A DNA stretch of 24,000 nucleotides from Izhakiella australiensis (GCF_002006995.1 NZ_MRUL01000027.1:8626-32625), one strand, 5' to 3'. Positions 11,680 through 19,255 are shown, counted from the first letter of the stretch. Notes: generated by a model from the letters alone, not told the origin. Made by a program: numbers and translations.

Positions 11680-11754
11680 GCCGGTTGCGGTGCCAACAGC
11701 GCGTTACGCCGGGATTCTCGCAGAATGTTGCTACGACGATCGGATGCAGTCTGC

Positions 11755-11876
11755 CAAAGTAAGCCGCCGGTAACGTATCACCAGCGGCGGGTTGCCGGGG
11801 TGCAAAGTAAGCCGCCGGTAACGTATCATCGGCGGCTGTCTGGCGGGGTGCAAAGGTCCGGGGCGGCTTAGCCGTG
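11755..11876. repeat. 48-bp tandem repeat (2 full copies plus one degenerate partial), each with a GC-rich hairpin, between the convergent gdhA and MFS genes
   Basis: Copies start at 11755, 11803 and 11851. The first 26 nt, CAAAGTAAGCCGCCGGTAACGTATCA, are identical in copies 1 and 2. Hairpin example: AGCCGCCG (11810-11817) pairs with CGGCGGCT (11830-11837). Confidence 0.8.
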
Positions 11877-11884
11877 TAGAACTT

Positions 11885-13186
11885 TCAGTATTCTGCGGCG
11901 GTTTTTTCGTCGGGCCTGTGCCCTTTCAGGCCACGATGTCCGTCGCTTAACAACAAGGCGCCCAGCATTGCCAGCAGCGCCAGTACGACGGCATAGCCCG
12001 CAATAGGCCACCAGGCGCCGCCAGCGCTGCTTTGTAGTGCTACGGCGATAAACGGCAGAGTGCCTCCGGCAACGGCGCCGGCCAGCTCGCGGCTACTGGC
12101 CATGCCGGTATAGCGAATATGCGGGGGGAACGCCTCCGAAAGCATGGCGGCCTGTGCGCCCAGCATGGCGTCATTACACAGGCAGTAAATAAGAAACATC
12201 CCCAGCCAGATCATCCCCTGCTCGCCGGTATTTAATAGCATGAAGAACGGCGCTATCAGCAGCGCCAGTCCGCAGGCGCCAGCGATAAAGATCTTTCTGG
12301 CGCCATATCTATCGCTCAACGCGCCGGCGCCGGGAACAGTGACAAACTTGATGAAGTTACAGATCATCACCCCCATTACGCCAACGCTTTTATCAACGCC
12401 GACCTGCGCGACCAGATAAGTCAGGGCAAAAGCCGAAGGTAGATAAGAGGTGACGTTCGGGCCAATACTTAGCAAAAAAGCGCCTAAAAAATTGCGCGGT
12501 TTACGTTGAATAACCTCCATTAGCGGCATGCGTTTTTCCGACCGCGTGGCCTTAGCCGCGTTAAACTCAGGGCTTTCAGCGACGCCAATACGGATCCAGA
12601 TACCGACGATGCCAATAGCAAAAGAGGCAATAAATGGAACCCGCCATCCCCAGCTCATCATGTCCTCTTTCGGCAATTGTTGAACGGCGATAATCGCCAG
12701 GCTGGCGATAATTGAGCCCAGCGCGTTGCCGGCGCCAGGGATCGACGCGAACAGCCCACGGTTTTTATGCCCGGCATGCTCGGCCGAGAGGAGTACTGCT
12801 CCTGAATATTCACCACCGGCAGCGAATCCCTGGCCCAGACGGCAGATTACCAGCAGGATCGGCGCCCACAGCCCGATGGTATGCCAGGCCGGAATAAGAC
12901 CGATCAGCGTGGTAGAGGCCGCCATCAATATCAGGGTGAAAAACAGCATTCCACGGCGCCCCAGCTTATCGCCAAGCGAGCCAACGATCAGGCCGCCGAA
13001 GGGCCGGGCAAAGAAGCCAACACCAAAAGTGGCGAAAGAAGCCAGAATGCCATATGCGCCGCTCATCTGCGGGAAAAATACCTGGGGAAAAATGAGCGCG
13101 CTGGCCATGCCGTACAGGGCGAAATCATACCATTCAAGGGCCGTGCCCACGGTTGAGGCCAGGGCGGAACGTTTTGCATCAGACAT
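11885..13186 (-). CDS. MFS transporter, metabolite:H+ symporter (MHS) family
   Basis: 433 aa, about 12 TM segments. The N-terminal LEWYDFALYG motif and GxLGDKxGRR loop are typical of MHS members (KgtP/ShiA/ProP-like). Last gene of a tightly coupled 3-gene operon. Confidence 0.85.
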   Translation of the reverse strand: MSDAKRSALASTVGTALEWYDFALYGMASALIFPQVFFPQMSGAYGILASFATFGVGFFARPFGGLIVGSLGDKLGRRGMLFFTLILMAASTTLIGLIPAWHTIGLWAPILLVICRLGQGFAAGGEYSGAVLLSAEHAGHKNRGLFASIPGAGNALGSIIASLAIIAVQQLPKEDMMSWGWRVPFIASFAIGIVGIWIRIGVAESPEFNAAKATRSEKRMPLMEVIQRKPRNFLGAFLLSIGPNVTSYLPSAFALTYLVAQVGVDKSVGVMGVMICNFIKFVTVPGAGALSDRYGARKIFIAGACGLALLIAPFFMLLNTGEQGMIWLGMFLIYCLCNDAMLGAQAAMLSEAFPPHIRYTGMASSRELAGAVAGGTLPFIAVALQSSAGGAWWPIAGYAVVLALLAMLGALLLSDGHRGLKGHRPDEKTAAEY

Positions 13187-13189
13187 AGC

Positions 13190-13525
13190 CTACCCCTTCA
13201 GTGCCAGATGTAGCGTGATCATCGCGGTTTGCGCCGCCCCTTCCAGCGTCAGCTCAAGGCGCAGCCAGCCGCCAAAATGAGACTGCGCGATGGCGGTCAA
13301 TCCCGGCCCCTGTACCGATACAACGTCTCCCGGCGCATCCAGCCAGTGTATACCGTCGGGTGATATTTTTGGCCTGACCAATATGCGAGTAAAATCAGCC
13401 TGCTCAGAATGTACCGTCAGAAAAAATAGCGCTTCATCCGCCCAGCCGCATTCATAGGGTTCACTGGAAAAAATGCCGTCAATGGGCTGACGCATTTCAA
13501 TAACTGAAGTATAAAACTCTTTCAT
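13190..13525 (-). CDS. Hypothetical protein, 111 aa, no family recognised
   Basis: ORF with core-like GC. A 2-nt gap from the upstream gene stop and a 3-nt gap to the MFS start imply co-translation. No signal peptide and no motif I can name. Confidence 0.7.
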   Translation of the reverse strand: MKEFYTSVIEMRQPIDGIFSSEPYECGWADEALFFLTVHSEQADFTRILVRPKISPDGIHWLDAPGDVVSVQGPGLTAIAQSHFGGWLRLELTLEGAAQTAMITLHLALKG

Positions 13526-13527
13526 TT

Positions 13528-14469
13528 TTATATGCCTTTATCTTCAGGGTTAATATAACCATCGGTAGAAATAACCACGGAATCGAGGTAAAGAAAAACC
13601 CGACGGTTAGCGCCGGTTTCAATAAAGAAAACGGGATTTAATAATCCGGTAATGCCTTTATATTCCTGTGCCATGGTGGGCTGCTTGCCACGCAGATCCA
13701 TGACCTTATCCATACATTGCAACGCCACATATTCCCGGCGTGAAACGTCAATCGTCAGGCGCATATACATCCAGTTAATTTTGTCATCGGCCTCGTTAGC
13801 GACCAGCTCCTGATGTCCATCATCTATCCACTGAAAACCATCACCTCCGCCATCCGCCTGGCGTTGTCCATACCACTGACCGTCAACGCCAACCTTATGC
13901 CAGCCGTCATGGCCATAGTTCCAGCGCCGGTGATCGACCCCGTCGCTAACGCGAAAATATTGCCAGCGCTTAATCGATTCTCCGTCGGCGCTGTTAACGT
14001 AGCGCACGCCCGGCATCCAGCGATTTCCCTGACTTTGCAGGTCGATAAAGCAGCCAAAGGCCCGCACGTCCCGATCGCCGATACCGGCAACGGATGGCTC
14101 CGGCGTATAGGTGAACCAGGCTTCAAGCTGTAATAAATGCAGGCTACCGGGCACTGCCATGCGTTTAATCGCCAGCCCCATGCTTCCCGCCGCCGGCGGC
14201 TGATCAATGGGCGCGCTGTTAGCGCGGGTGGCGAGTTTAAGGCAGTGTCCACCGCTCATCGCTCCATGGGTGCCCATCATCGGAAAGGTGGCGGAAGAGA
14301 GCATCGTCGGCCCCCAATGGATCAGGTCAATTTCCTGCGAATGTGGCGCAAAATCAGATTTAACAAAATTAGGTCTTAAATCCAGCCAGCCATTATGGCC
14401 GCGATGAAACTCATCAAACGTTATAATTTTTTTTAGCGGATTAAACTTTGCCAGTCTGTAATCATCCAT
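13528..14469 (-). CDS. Hypothetical protein, 313 aa, apparently beta-rich, no family recognised
   Basis: Long ORF with core-like GC. First gene of the operon. Rich in W/G/D, no signal peptide and no catalytic motif I can name. Confidence 0.75.
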   Translation of the reverse strand: MDDYRLAKFNPLKKIITFDEFHRGHNGWLDLRPNFVKSDFAPHSQEIDLIHWGPTMLSSATFPMMGTHGAMSGGHCLKLATRANSAPIDQPPAAGSMGLAIKRMAVPGSLHLLQLEAWFTYTPEPSVAGIGDRDVRAFGCFIDLQSQGNRWMPGVRYVNSADGESIKRWQYFRVSDGVDHRRWNYGHDGWHKVGVDGQWYGQRQADGGGDGFQWIDDGHQELVANEADDKINWMYMRLTIDVSRREYVALQCMDKVMDLRGKQPTMAQEYKGITGLLNPVFFIETGANRRVFLYLDSVVISTDGYINPEDKGI

Positions 14470-14698
14470 AGCGTATTCTCATATTTAAGGGACAGCGATA
14501 CCGTCCGCTGTGCAGATGGGGTAGCGGGTTATTAAAGTAATTAAATTAGCGCGTAGCCTGAACGCTCACGCCGGTTAAGAGCGCGTTAAATAGCGTAATT
14601 AATTCCTTACTTACCGGATCGGAATAAAAATAAGCATAGTGGCGTTTTACTTGCAGGGTAAAGTCATCTGAAGCGGTTATGTGAGGAGTTGCACAAAA

Positions 14699-14742
14699 TT
14701 GGTCCAGCCAATAATAATGAATCACTATTTTGGCCTGACCAA
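14699..14742. promoter_or_regulatory. Two candidate GntR-family (UxuR/ExuR-type) operator boxes, TTGG-N5-CCAA, upstream of the unknown operon
   Basis: TTGGTCCAGCCAA (14699-14711) and TTGGCCTGACCAA (14730-14742), with centres 31 bp apart. They lie in the 289-bp region between the GntR stop and the start of the 313-aa gene. Confidence 0.55.
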
Positions 14743-14758
14743 TTAAGTTCTAAGAGGC

Positions 14759-15514
14759 TCAGCCGTCAGCGTCGAGCGGAGAGGAGTTAAACAAATAGCC
14801 GTCGAAATCCGCAGCTGCGGTATCTGCCAGCTTAAAAAGTTTATTTTTTACGTTTTCAAGGTGTTGCCACATCGCCCTCTTCGCGCCCTTCGCATCCCGG
14901 CGTTGAATCGCCTGCAAGATGCGCAAGCGATCCTCGAACCATTGCCAGCGAGCGCTGAAATCACTGGTATCCTGATGCTGGTTTTGCCACATCCCCGAGC
15001 GGCTGCGCAGCTTCCAGCTCTCCTGAACAATCGCCACCAGCGCGGCGTTTTGCGTCGCCGATGCCACGAGGTAGTGAAAATGCTCATCGGTGTCATCCGC
15101 GATATAGCCTGAGGAAAGCTGCTCCCGCTCCAGTTCGATGGCATTGCGCAGCTCGGTGATATCACTTTTTGTTGCCTGCAATGCGGCAAAGGAGGCGATC
15201 TCGCTTTCCAGCAGTTGCCTTGCCTGCAGCAGTTCAAATACCCCGCAGCTAACGCTATCAGATAAGGGAGACTCACCTGATTCGCGCGGCGCAGAGGCAA
15301 GTACATACACCCCGGAGCCTTTCCGAATTTCAATGCATCGCTCCACTTCCAGCAGAATAAGCGCCTCTCTGACGACGCTACGGCTGACGTTGAACTGACT
15401 GGCGATATCGCGCTCCGCAGGTAACTTATCGCCTGGCTGGTATGTCCCACGGTGAATGGCATCACGCAGCTGTTGACCAATCTCCTGATAAAGTCTCATG
15501 CTTTTCATATCCAC
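14759..15514 (-). CDS. GntR-family (FadR subfamily) transcriptional regulator, UxuR/ExuR-like
   Basis: N-terminal winged HTH LPAERDIASQFNVSRSVVREALILLEVERCIEIRKGSGVYV resembles UxuR/ExuR. C-terminal FCD-type helical domain. The start could instead be the ATG at 15508 (MKSMRLYQ). Confidence 0.85.
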   Translation of the reverse strand: MDMKSMRLYQEIGQQLRDAIHRGTYQPGDKLPAERDIASQFNVSRSVVREALILLEVERCIEIRKGSGVYVLASAPRESGESPLSDSVSCGVFELLQARQLLESEIASFAALQATKSDITELRNAIELEREQLSSGYIADDTDEHFHYLVASATQNAALVAIVQESWKLRSRSGMWQNQHQDTSDFSARWQWFEDRLRILQAIQRRDAKGAKRAMWQHLENVKNKLFKLADTAAADFDGYLFNSSPLDADG

Positions 15515-15528
15515 TTAGAATAACGACT

Positions 15529-15565
15529 CTGGCCTGACCAAAAGCCCCGCATTCGGTCAGGCCAA
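15529..15565. promoter_or_regulatory. Inverted pair of the same operator-like box just upstream of the GntR gene (candidate autoregulation site)
   Basis: CTGGCCTGACCAA (15529-15541) and TCGGTCAGGCCAA (15553-15565). The 10-mer TGGCCTGACC (15530-15539) is exactly inverted at 15555-15564 and also occurs at 14731-14740. Confidence 0.55.
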
Positions 15566-15851
15566 TATTGATTTCATCATAGCGCCTGCGACCGTGAATA
15601 GCCAACCTCAGCGCATCTGACGATATCGACGACTGCAAGGTCATTGCCAGCAGAAGCCTGCAGACTGCCCGGACAATTTTGCCCGCATTATCGCGGCAAA
15701 CACCACGGCCCGTCGCGCTGCGCCATGTGAAGATTACACAGTTAGCCACACGCCTTAACTCAGCACAAAAAAATAACCTCATGATTTAAAAATAAAGTAA
15801 TCGCTCAATCGGTCTTAGATATGATGCGCCTTGCGCCAATTGTGTATTCAA

Positions 15852-15867
15852 TGTGTAATTTTACACA
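15852..15867. promoter_or_regulatory. CRP-like palindrome upstream of the PTS operon
   Basis: TGTGTAATTTTACACA has perfect 7-bp arms TGTGTAA/TTACACA. It matches 4 of 5 positions in each half of the CRP core TGTGA-N6-TCACA. Centred about 73 nt upstream of the IIB start codon. Confidence 0.35.
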
Positions 15868-15932
15868 CAGATCACACTTCCCCGTTCATTTGCATGCTTT
15901 AATCTCCCCAACAAACAGCAAGGGGTACACAA

Positions 15933-16214
15933 ATGAAACATATTATGATTTGTTGCGGCGCTGGCGTGGCAACCAGCACGGTTGCGTTAAATAAACTGCA
16001 GGACTTCCTGAAAAAAGAAGATCTACTCAGCAAGGTGCGTATTTCCCAGGGCACGGTTGCGGAGGTGAAAACCCGCGATGATATTGATTTTATCGTTTCC
16101 ACCTCCCCGGTTTCACTTAACGTGCCGGTGGTAAATGCGCTGCCGCTGCTGACCGGTATTGGTGCAGATAAAGTTTTTACTAACGTCAAAGAGTTAATTC
16201 TCGCCGGGAGCTAA
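15933..16214 (+). CDS. PTS EIIB component, galactitol (Gat) family
   Basis: 93 aa. The N-terminal IMICCGAGVATS carries the phospho-cysteine motif as in GatB-type IIB. AAGGGG SD 8 nt upstream. Confidence 0.85.
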   Translation: MKHIMICCGAGVATSTVALNKLQDFLKKEDLLSKVRISQGTVAEVKTRDDIDFIVSTSPVSLNVPVVNALPLLTGIGADKVFTNVKELILAGS

Positions 16215-16217
16215 GCA

Positions 16218-17582
16218 ATGTTTATTATCGATTACATTGTCAATCTGGGGGCGTCGGTAATGATGCCGCTGATATTTATCATCCTCGGCTTAATATTACG
16301 CATCCCGCTTTCAAGAGCGATTAAAGCCGGATTGATGGTCGGTATTGGTTTTATTGGTCTGAGCATTACCGTTAACCTGATGATTGACTCATTGACGCCG
16401 GTCAGCCATGCCATCGTCGATCGCTTTGGCCTTAACTTTTCAGTGCTGGATGTCGGCTGGCCGGCTGCGGCGGCCGTAGCGATGGGCACCCGCGTTGGCG
16501 CGCTGGTTATTCCGGTGTGCGTCGCGATTAATATGCTAATGCTGTACACCAAAACCACCCGGGTGCTTAACGTTGATATCTGGAATCTTTGGCACCACGC
16601 TTTTACCGGTTCGCTGGTGGCAATTATTACCGACAACCTGTGGCTGGGTATTTTTGCCGCCGCCCTGAACTGCATAATCACCATGATTATTGCCGACCGG
16701 ACCAGCGGCGACGTGGAAAAATATCTGAATCTGCCGTCAATATCCGTGCCGCACGGTTTCTCGGTTTCATTTGTGCCGGCTGCCTGGCTGGTTAATGCCA
16801 TTGTCGATCGCATTCCGCTGGTGCGGGATATAAAAATTGATACCGAGGTCATTCAAAAGCGACTGTCTATTCTTGGCGATCCGGCCTCGCTCGGCGCAAT
16901 TATTGGTGCTCTGCTGGGGATCATTGCCGGCATCGAAGTTAAGATGATTTTGCAAACCGCGATTACGATGGCCGCCGTGATGACCATTATTCCCCGCATG
17001 GCGAAAATGCTGATGGAGGGGGTTTATCCGATTAGTGAACGCATCCAGGAAATTGCGCAGTCAAGGGCCGGTTCCTTCGGCAAAATAGCGATTGGTCTCG
17101 ACTCAGCCGTCAGCGTCGGCCACCCGGTTACGCTGTCAGTATCGATGCTGATGATCCCGATAATGCTGGTTCTCGCCGCTATCGTACCCGGTAACCAATT
17201 CCTGCCCTTCGCCTCGCTCACCGGTTTACCTTTCGCCTTTGTGCTGGTCACTGCCGTTTGCCGTGGCGATATGTTCCGCACCCTGCTGACCGGCCTGCTG
17301 ACGCTGAGTCTGGCGCTGCTGATTGGCACCAGCCTGGCGCCGATTGTTACCAGCACCGCGGTCAGCACCGGATTCTCACTTCCCCAAGGTACAACCAGCA
17401 TCAGCAGCGTTGATTACGCCGGCGCCATGCTGCCGTGGGTAATTATCCAGAGCTTCTACTTTAAGGCAATCGGCGTGGGTATGCTGAGCCTGGGTACGCT
17501 GGGACTGCTGCTATGGAACCGCCGTAAGCTACAAAGGGAAAACGCGCTGCAGGCTGAGGCCGCACAGGCAGAAGGAGAATAA
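16218..17582 (+). CDS. PTS EIIC component, galactitol (Gat) family permease
   Basis: 454 aa polytopic membrane protein placed between IIB and IIA. Size and layout are typical of GatC-like IIC. Confidence 0.85.
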   Translation: MFIIDYIVNLGASVMMPLIFIILGLILRIPLSRAIKAGLMVGIGFIGLSITVNLMIDSLTPVSHAIVDRFGLNFSVLDVGWPAAAAVAMGTRVGALVIPVCVAINMLMLYTKTTRVLNVDIWNLWHHAFTGSLVAIITDNLWLGIFAAALNCIITMIIADRTSGDVEKYLNLPSISVPHGFSVSFVPAAWLVNAIVDRIPLVRDIKIDTEVIQKRLSILGDPASLGAIIGALLGIIAGIEVKMILQTAITMAAVMTIIPRMAKMLMEGVYPISERIQEIAQSRAGSFGKIAIGLDSAVSVGHPVTLSVSMLMIPIMLVLAAIVPGNQFLPFASLTGLPFAFVLVTAVCRGDMFRTLLTGLLTLSLALLIGTSLAPIVTSTAVSTGFSLPQGTTSISSVDYAGAMLPWVIIQSFYFKAIGVGMLSLGTLGLLLWNRRKLQRENALQAEAAQAEGE

Positions 17583-17584
17583 CC

Positions 17585-18037
17585 ATGTTCAGCGCACAGC
17601 GTGTATTTAAGTTCAACCAGTCCATCAGCCGTGACGGGATGCTAAAACAGCTGGCGGCAAGCCTGCAGGCGGACGGGCTGGTAAAACCCACCTTTACTGA
17701 CGGCGTGCTGGGTCGGGAACGGGTTTACCCTACCGGTATTTTTATGGAAACCCATAGCATTGCCATTCCGCATACGGAATTTGAACATGTACACCGCACC
17801 GGCTTCGCGATTGCTATCAACCAGTGCGGCGTCGCGTTTCACCGCACTGATGAACCTGACGAGGTCGTGGTCCCTGACATTGTCATTATGATGGCCATCG
17901 ACCCGAACTGTGAAAAAGTAGCCATTATTCAGTCGCTGTTTGCGTTACTGTCAGAACAGGATCGGGTTCACCATATTGCTAAACTGGCGCCGGAGGAGAT
18001 AGCAAAAGTATTCAAGGATGCCATCGTCACACGTTAG
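17585..18037 (+). CDS. PTS EIIA component (mannitol/fructose-type EIIA_2 fold)
   Basis: 150 aa. SIAIPHTEFEH contains the AIPH phospho-histidine motif. GGAGAA SD upstream. 2-nt gap from the IIC stop. Confidence 0.85.
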   Translation: MFSAQRVFKFNQSISRDGMLKQLAASLQADGLVKPTFTDGVLGRERVYPTGIFMETHSIAIPHTEFEHVHRTGFAIAINQCGVAFHRTDEPDEVVVPDIVIMMAIDPNCEKVAIIQSLFALLSEQDRVHHIAKLAPEEIAKVFKDAIVTR

Positions 18038-18049
18038 AATAGCCCTGAT

Positions 18050-18412
18050 ATGAGTGAGGCGGAAAAGCAAGGGAAACAGATGCTGCGAATCAGCGATGTC
18101 ATTGAGTTAGCGATGGTCAGCCGTAAAACCATCTACAATGCGATCAACAGCGGTCGGCTGAAATATCAGCTGGTTACGGTTGATAATCGCCAGGTTCGGA
18201 TGTTCCATGAGGAAGATGTTTTTAGTGCGTTCCCTAAAGCCAGCCGGACGATAACGCACGAGCAGGAAGTGCAGGATCTGAGGGAGGAAGTCGCCTCCCT
18301 CAAGTTTGCCCTTGCTGAACTGCAAAAAGCCGTCGAAGCGATGGACCCTAACGGACAGTATGAAATGAAATCGCTCAAAGGCCAGCCCGGAAAACCTGGC
18401 GATGAGGAATAA
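18050..18412 (+). CDS. Small helix-turn-helix DNA-binding protein (MerR/excisionase-like HTH) with an acidic coiled-coil tail
   Basis: LRISDVIELAMVSRKTIYNAINSGRL is an HTH_17/Xis-like motif. The C-terminal half (EQEVQDLREEVASLKFALAELQKAVEAM) looks like a coiled coil. The start is more likely the ATG at 18080, preceded by AAGGGAAA. Confidence 0.65.
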   Translation: MSEAEKQGKQMLRISDVIELAMVSRKTIYNAINSGRLKYQLVTVDNRQVRMFHEEDVFSAFPKASRTITHEQEVQDLREEVASLKFALAELQKAVEAMDPNGQYEMKSLKGQPGKPGDEE

Positions 18413-18432
18413 TCGCAGCCATGGCTGGCACT

Positions 18433-19212
18433 TCAGAAGACGGCTTTCAGCACCAGCTCCAGACCCAGCAGCAGCAGAAATAAAAGGAAGCACTGGCGAA
18501 AACGCCGGGGGCTTATTCGCTCCCGTATGCGCTGCCCTAATGCCATGCCAGCCAGCGCGGGAACCAGCGCCAGAGCCGACAATGCCAGCAGTTCTCCCGC
18601 GAAAGCACGCTGGCTAAACAGGCCGCCGGCCAGCGACAGGGTCGAAACGGTAAACGATAAACCTAAGGCCTGTACTAAAGCATTCTTATCCAGCTTCAGC
18701 GCCTGCAAATAGGGCACCGCCGGTATCACGAAAACCCCGGTAGCACCGGTTATCACGCCGGTAATTAAACCGATAACCGGTGATAGCCAGGGTTCAACAG
18801 CGGATTTCACCGTCACTGACGGAGAAAGTAACGCATAGCTACCATAGCCTATTAGCGCGCTTCCAAGCGCAAGGCCGGACCAGCGTGGATCAACGCGAGT
18901 GAGCAGTGCTGCCCCGCTTACCGTACCCAGCACGATCCCCAGCATCATGGTCCGTAAGCGGCGCCACAGCGGGCCGATGGCGCTGGCGCTGAATAACTGC
19001 CAGATATTGGTAACCAGCGAAGGGATTATCAGCATCACCGCCGCGTCCGCAGGCGGCATAACGCTGCCCAGTAAGCCCATGGCGACGGTAGGCAGGCCCA
19101 TGCCGGTGACACCTTTAACCAGCCCAGCCAGCACAAAAGTCACGCTCAGCGTGAGAAGAAGAATCTGCGTATCATTCATCGTCATATTGAAACCCACCGC
19201 CGACGACTGCAC
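18433..19212 (-). CDS. TSUP-family (TauE/SafE) membrane anion exporter
   Basis: 259 aa, about 8 TM segments, with glycine-rich repeats (GVTGMGLP, GVITGATGVFV) typical of TauE/SafE. The start may be the internal ATG at 19179 (MNDTQILLL). Confidence 0.8.
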   Translation of the reverse strand: MQSSAVGFNMTMNDTQILLLTLSVTFVLAGLVKGVTGMGLPTVAMGLLGSVMPPADAAVMLIIPSLVTNIWQLFSASAIGPLWRRLRTMMLGIVLGTVSGAALLTRVDPRWSGLALGSALIGYGSYALLSPSVTVKSAVEPWLSPVIGLITGVITGATGVFVIPAVPYLQALKLDKNALVQALGLSFTVSTLSLAGGLFSQRAFAGELLALSALALVPALAGMALGQRIRERISPRRFRQCFLLFLLLLGLELVLKAVF

Positions 19213-19230
19213 AATGTGGTTTTAGCATTC

Positions 19231-19255
19231 AAGCCTTCGGCTAAGCCGAAGGCTT
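19231..19255. promoter_or_regulatory. 25-bp perfect palindrome in the TSUP/LysR divergent intergenic region (candidate LTTR binding site)
   Basis: AAGCCTTCGGCT-A-AGCCGAAGGCTT, 12-bp perfect arms around a central A. It lies 16 nt upstream of the LysR start. Confidence 0.45.

Noticed and set aside
10435-11773. Several ORFs overlapping gdhA (10551..10904 -, 11002..11307 -, 11189..11389 -, 11363..11773 +)
   Set aside because: gdhA is identified beyond doubt in its own frame. The overlapping frames are GC-driven artefacts.
12726-13280. 184-aa plus-strand ORF, plus 12712..12897 and 12881..13156, lying antisense to the MFS transporter gene
   Set aside because: High-GC DNA gives long stop-free antisense frames. 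The translations are Arg/Pro/Ala-rich and low-complexity with no start context. The MFS frame on the opposite strand is clearly the real gene.
13813-14407. ORFs 13813..14133 +, 13824..14252 -, 14137..14379 + and 14207..14407 + overlapping the 313-aa hypothetical gene
   Set aside because: They are shorter, overlap the longest frame, and lack coupling to neighbours. The 313-aa frame is the one abutting the downstream genes with 2-3 nt gaps.
14848-15480. 210-aa minus-strand ORF in an alternative frame inside the GntR gene, and plus-strand ORFs 14861..15112 and 15138..15398
   Set aside because: The GntR frame has an unmistakable winged-HTH and FCD domain. The alternative frames are Arg/Cys/Ser-rich, which is typical of out-of-frame GC-rich sequence.
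15462-15782. 106-aa minus-strand ORF spanning the GntR N-terminus and the intergenic region
   Set aside because: It is out of frame with the GntR gene it overlaps, has an Arg/Cys-rich composition, and would run through the operator-like inverted repeat.
16232-16852. 206-aa minus-strand ORF, and 17024..17401 and 16767..16955, antisense to the PTS IIC gene
   Set aside because: These are antisense shadows of a long membrane-protein gene. They have no RBS and a non-protein-like composition.
15933-18037. The nearby Gat-family PTS as the cognate sensor of the EII-less BglG antiterminator
   Set aside because: This is tempting because of proximity, about 2-3 kb. However, the two loci are separated by unrelated genes on other strands. 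No RAT-like sequence precedes the PTS. Characterised BglG-type antiterminators partner with Glc/Bgl/Scr-class EIIs. There is no support from the sequence alone.
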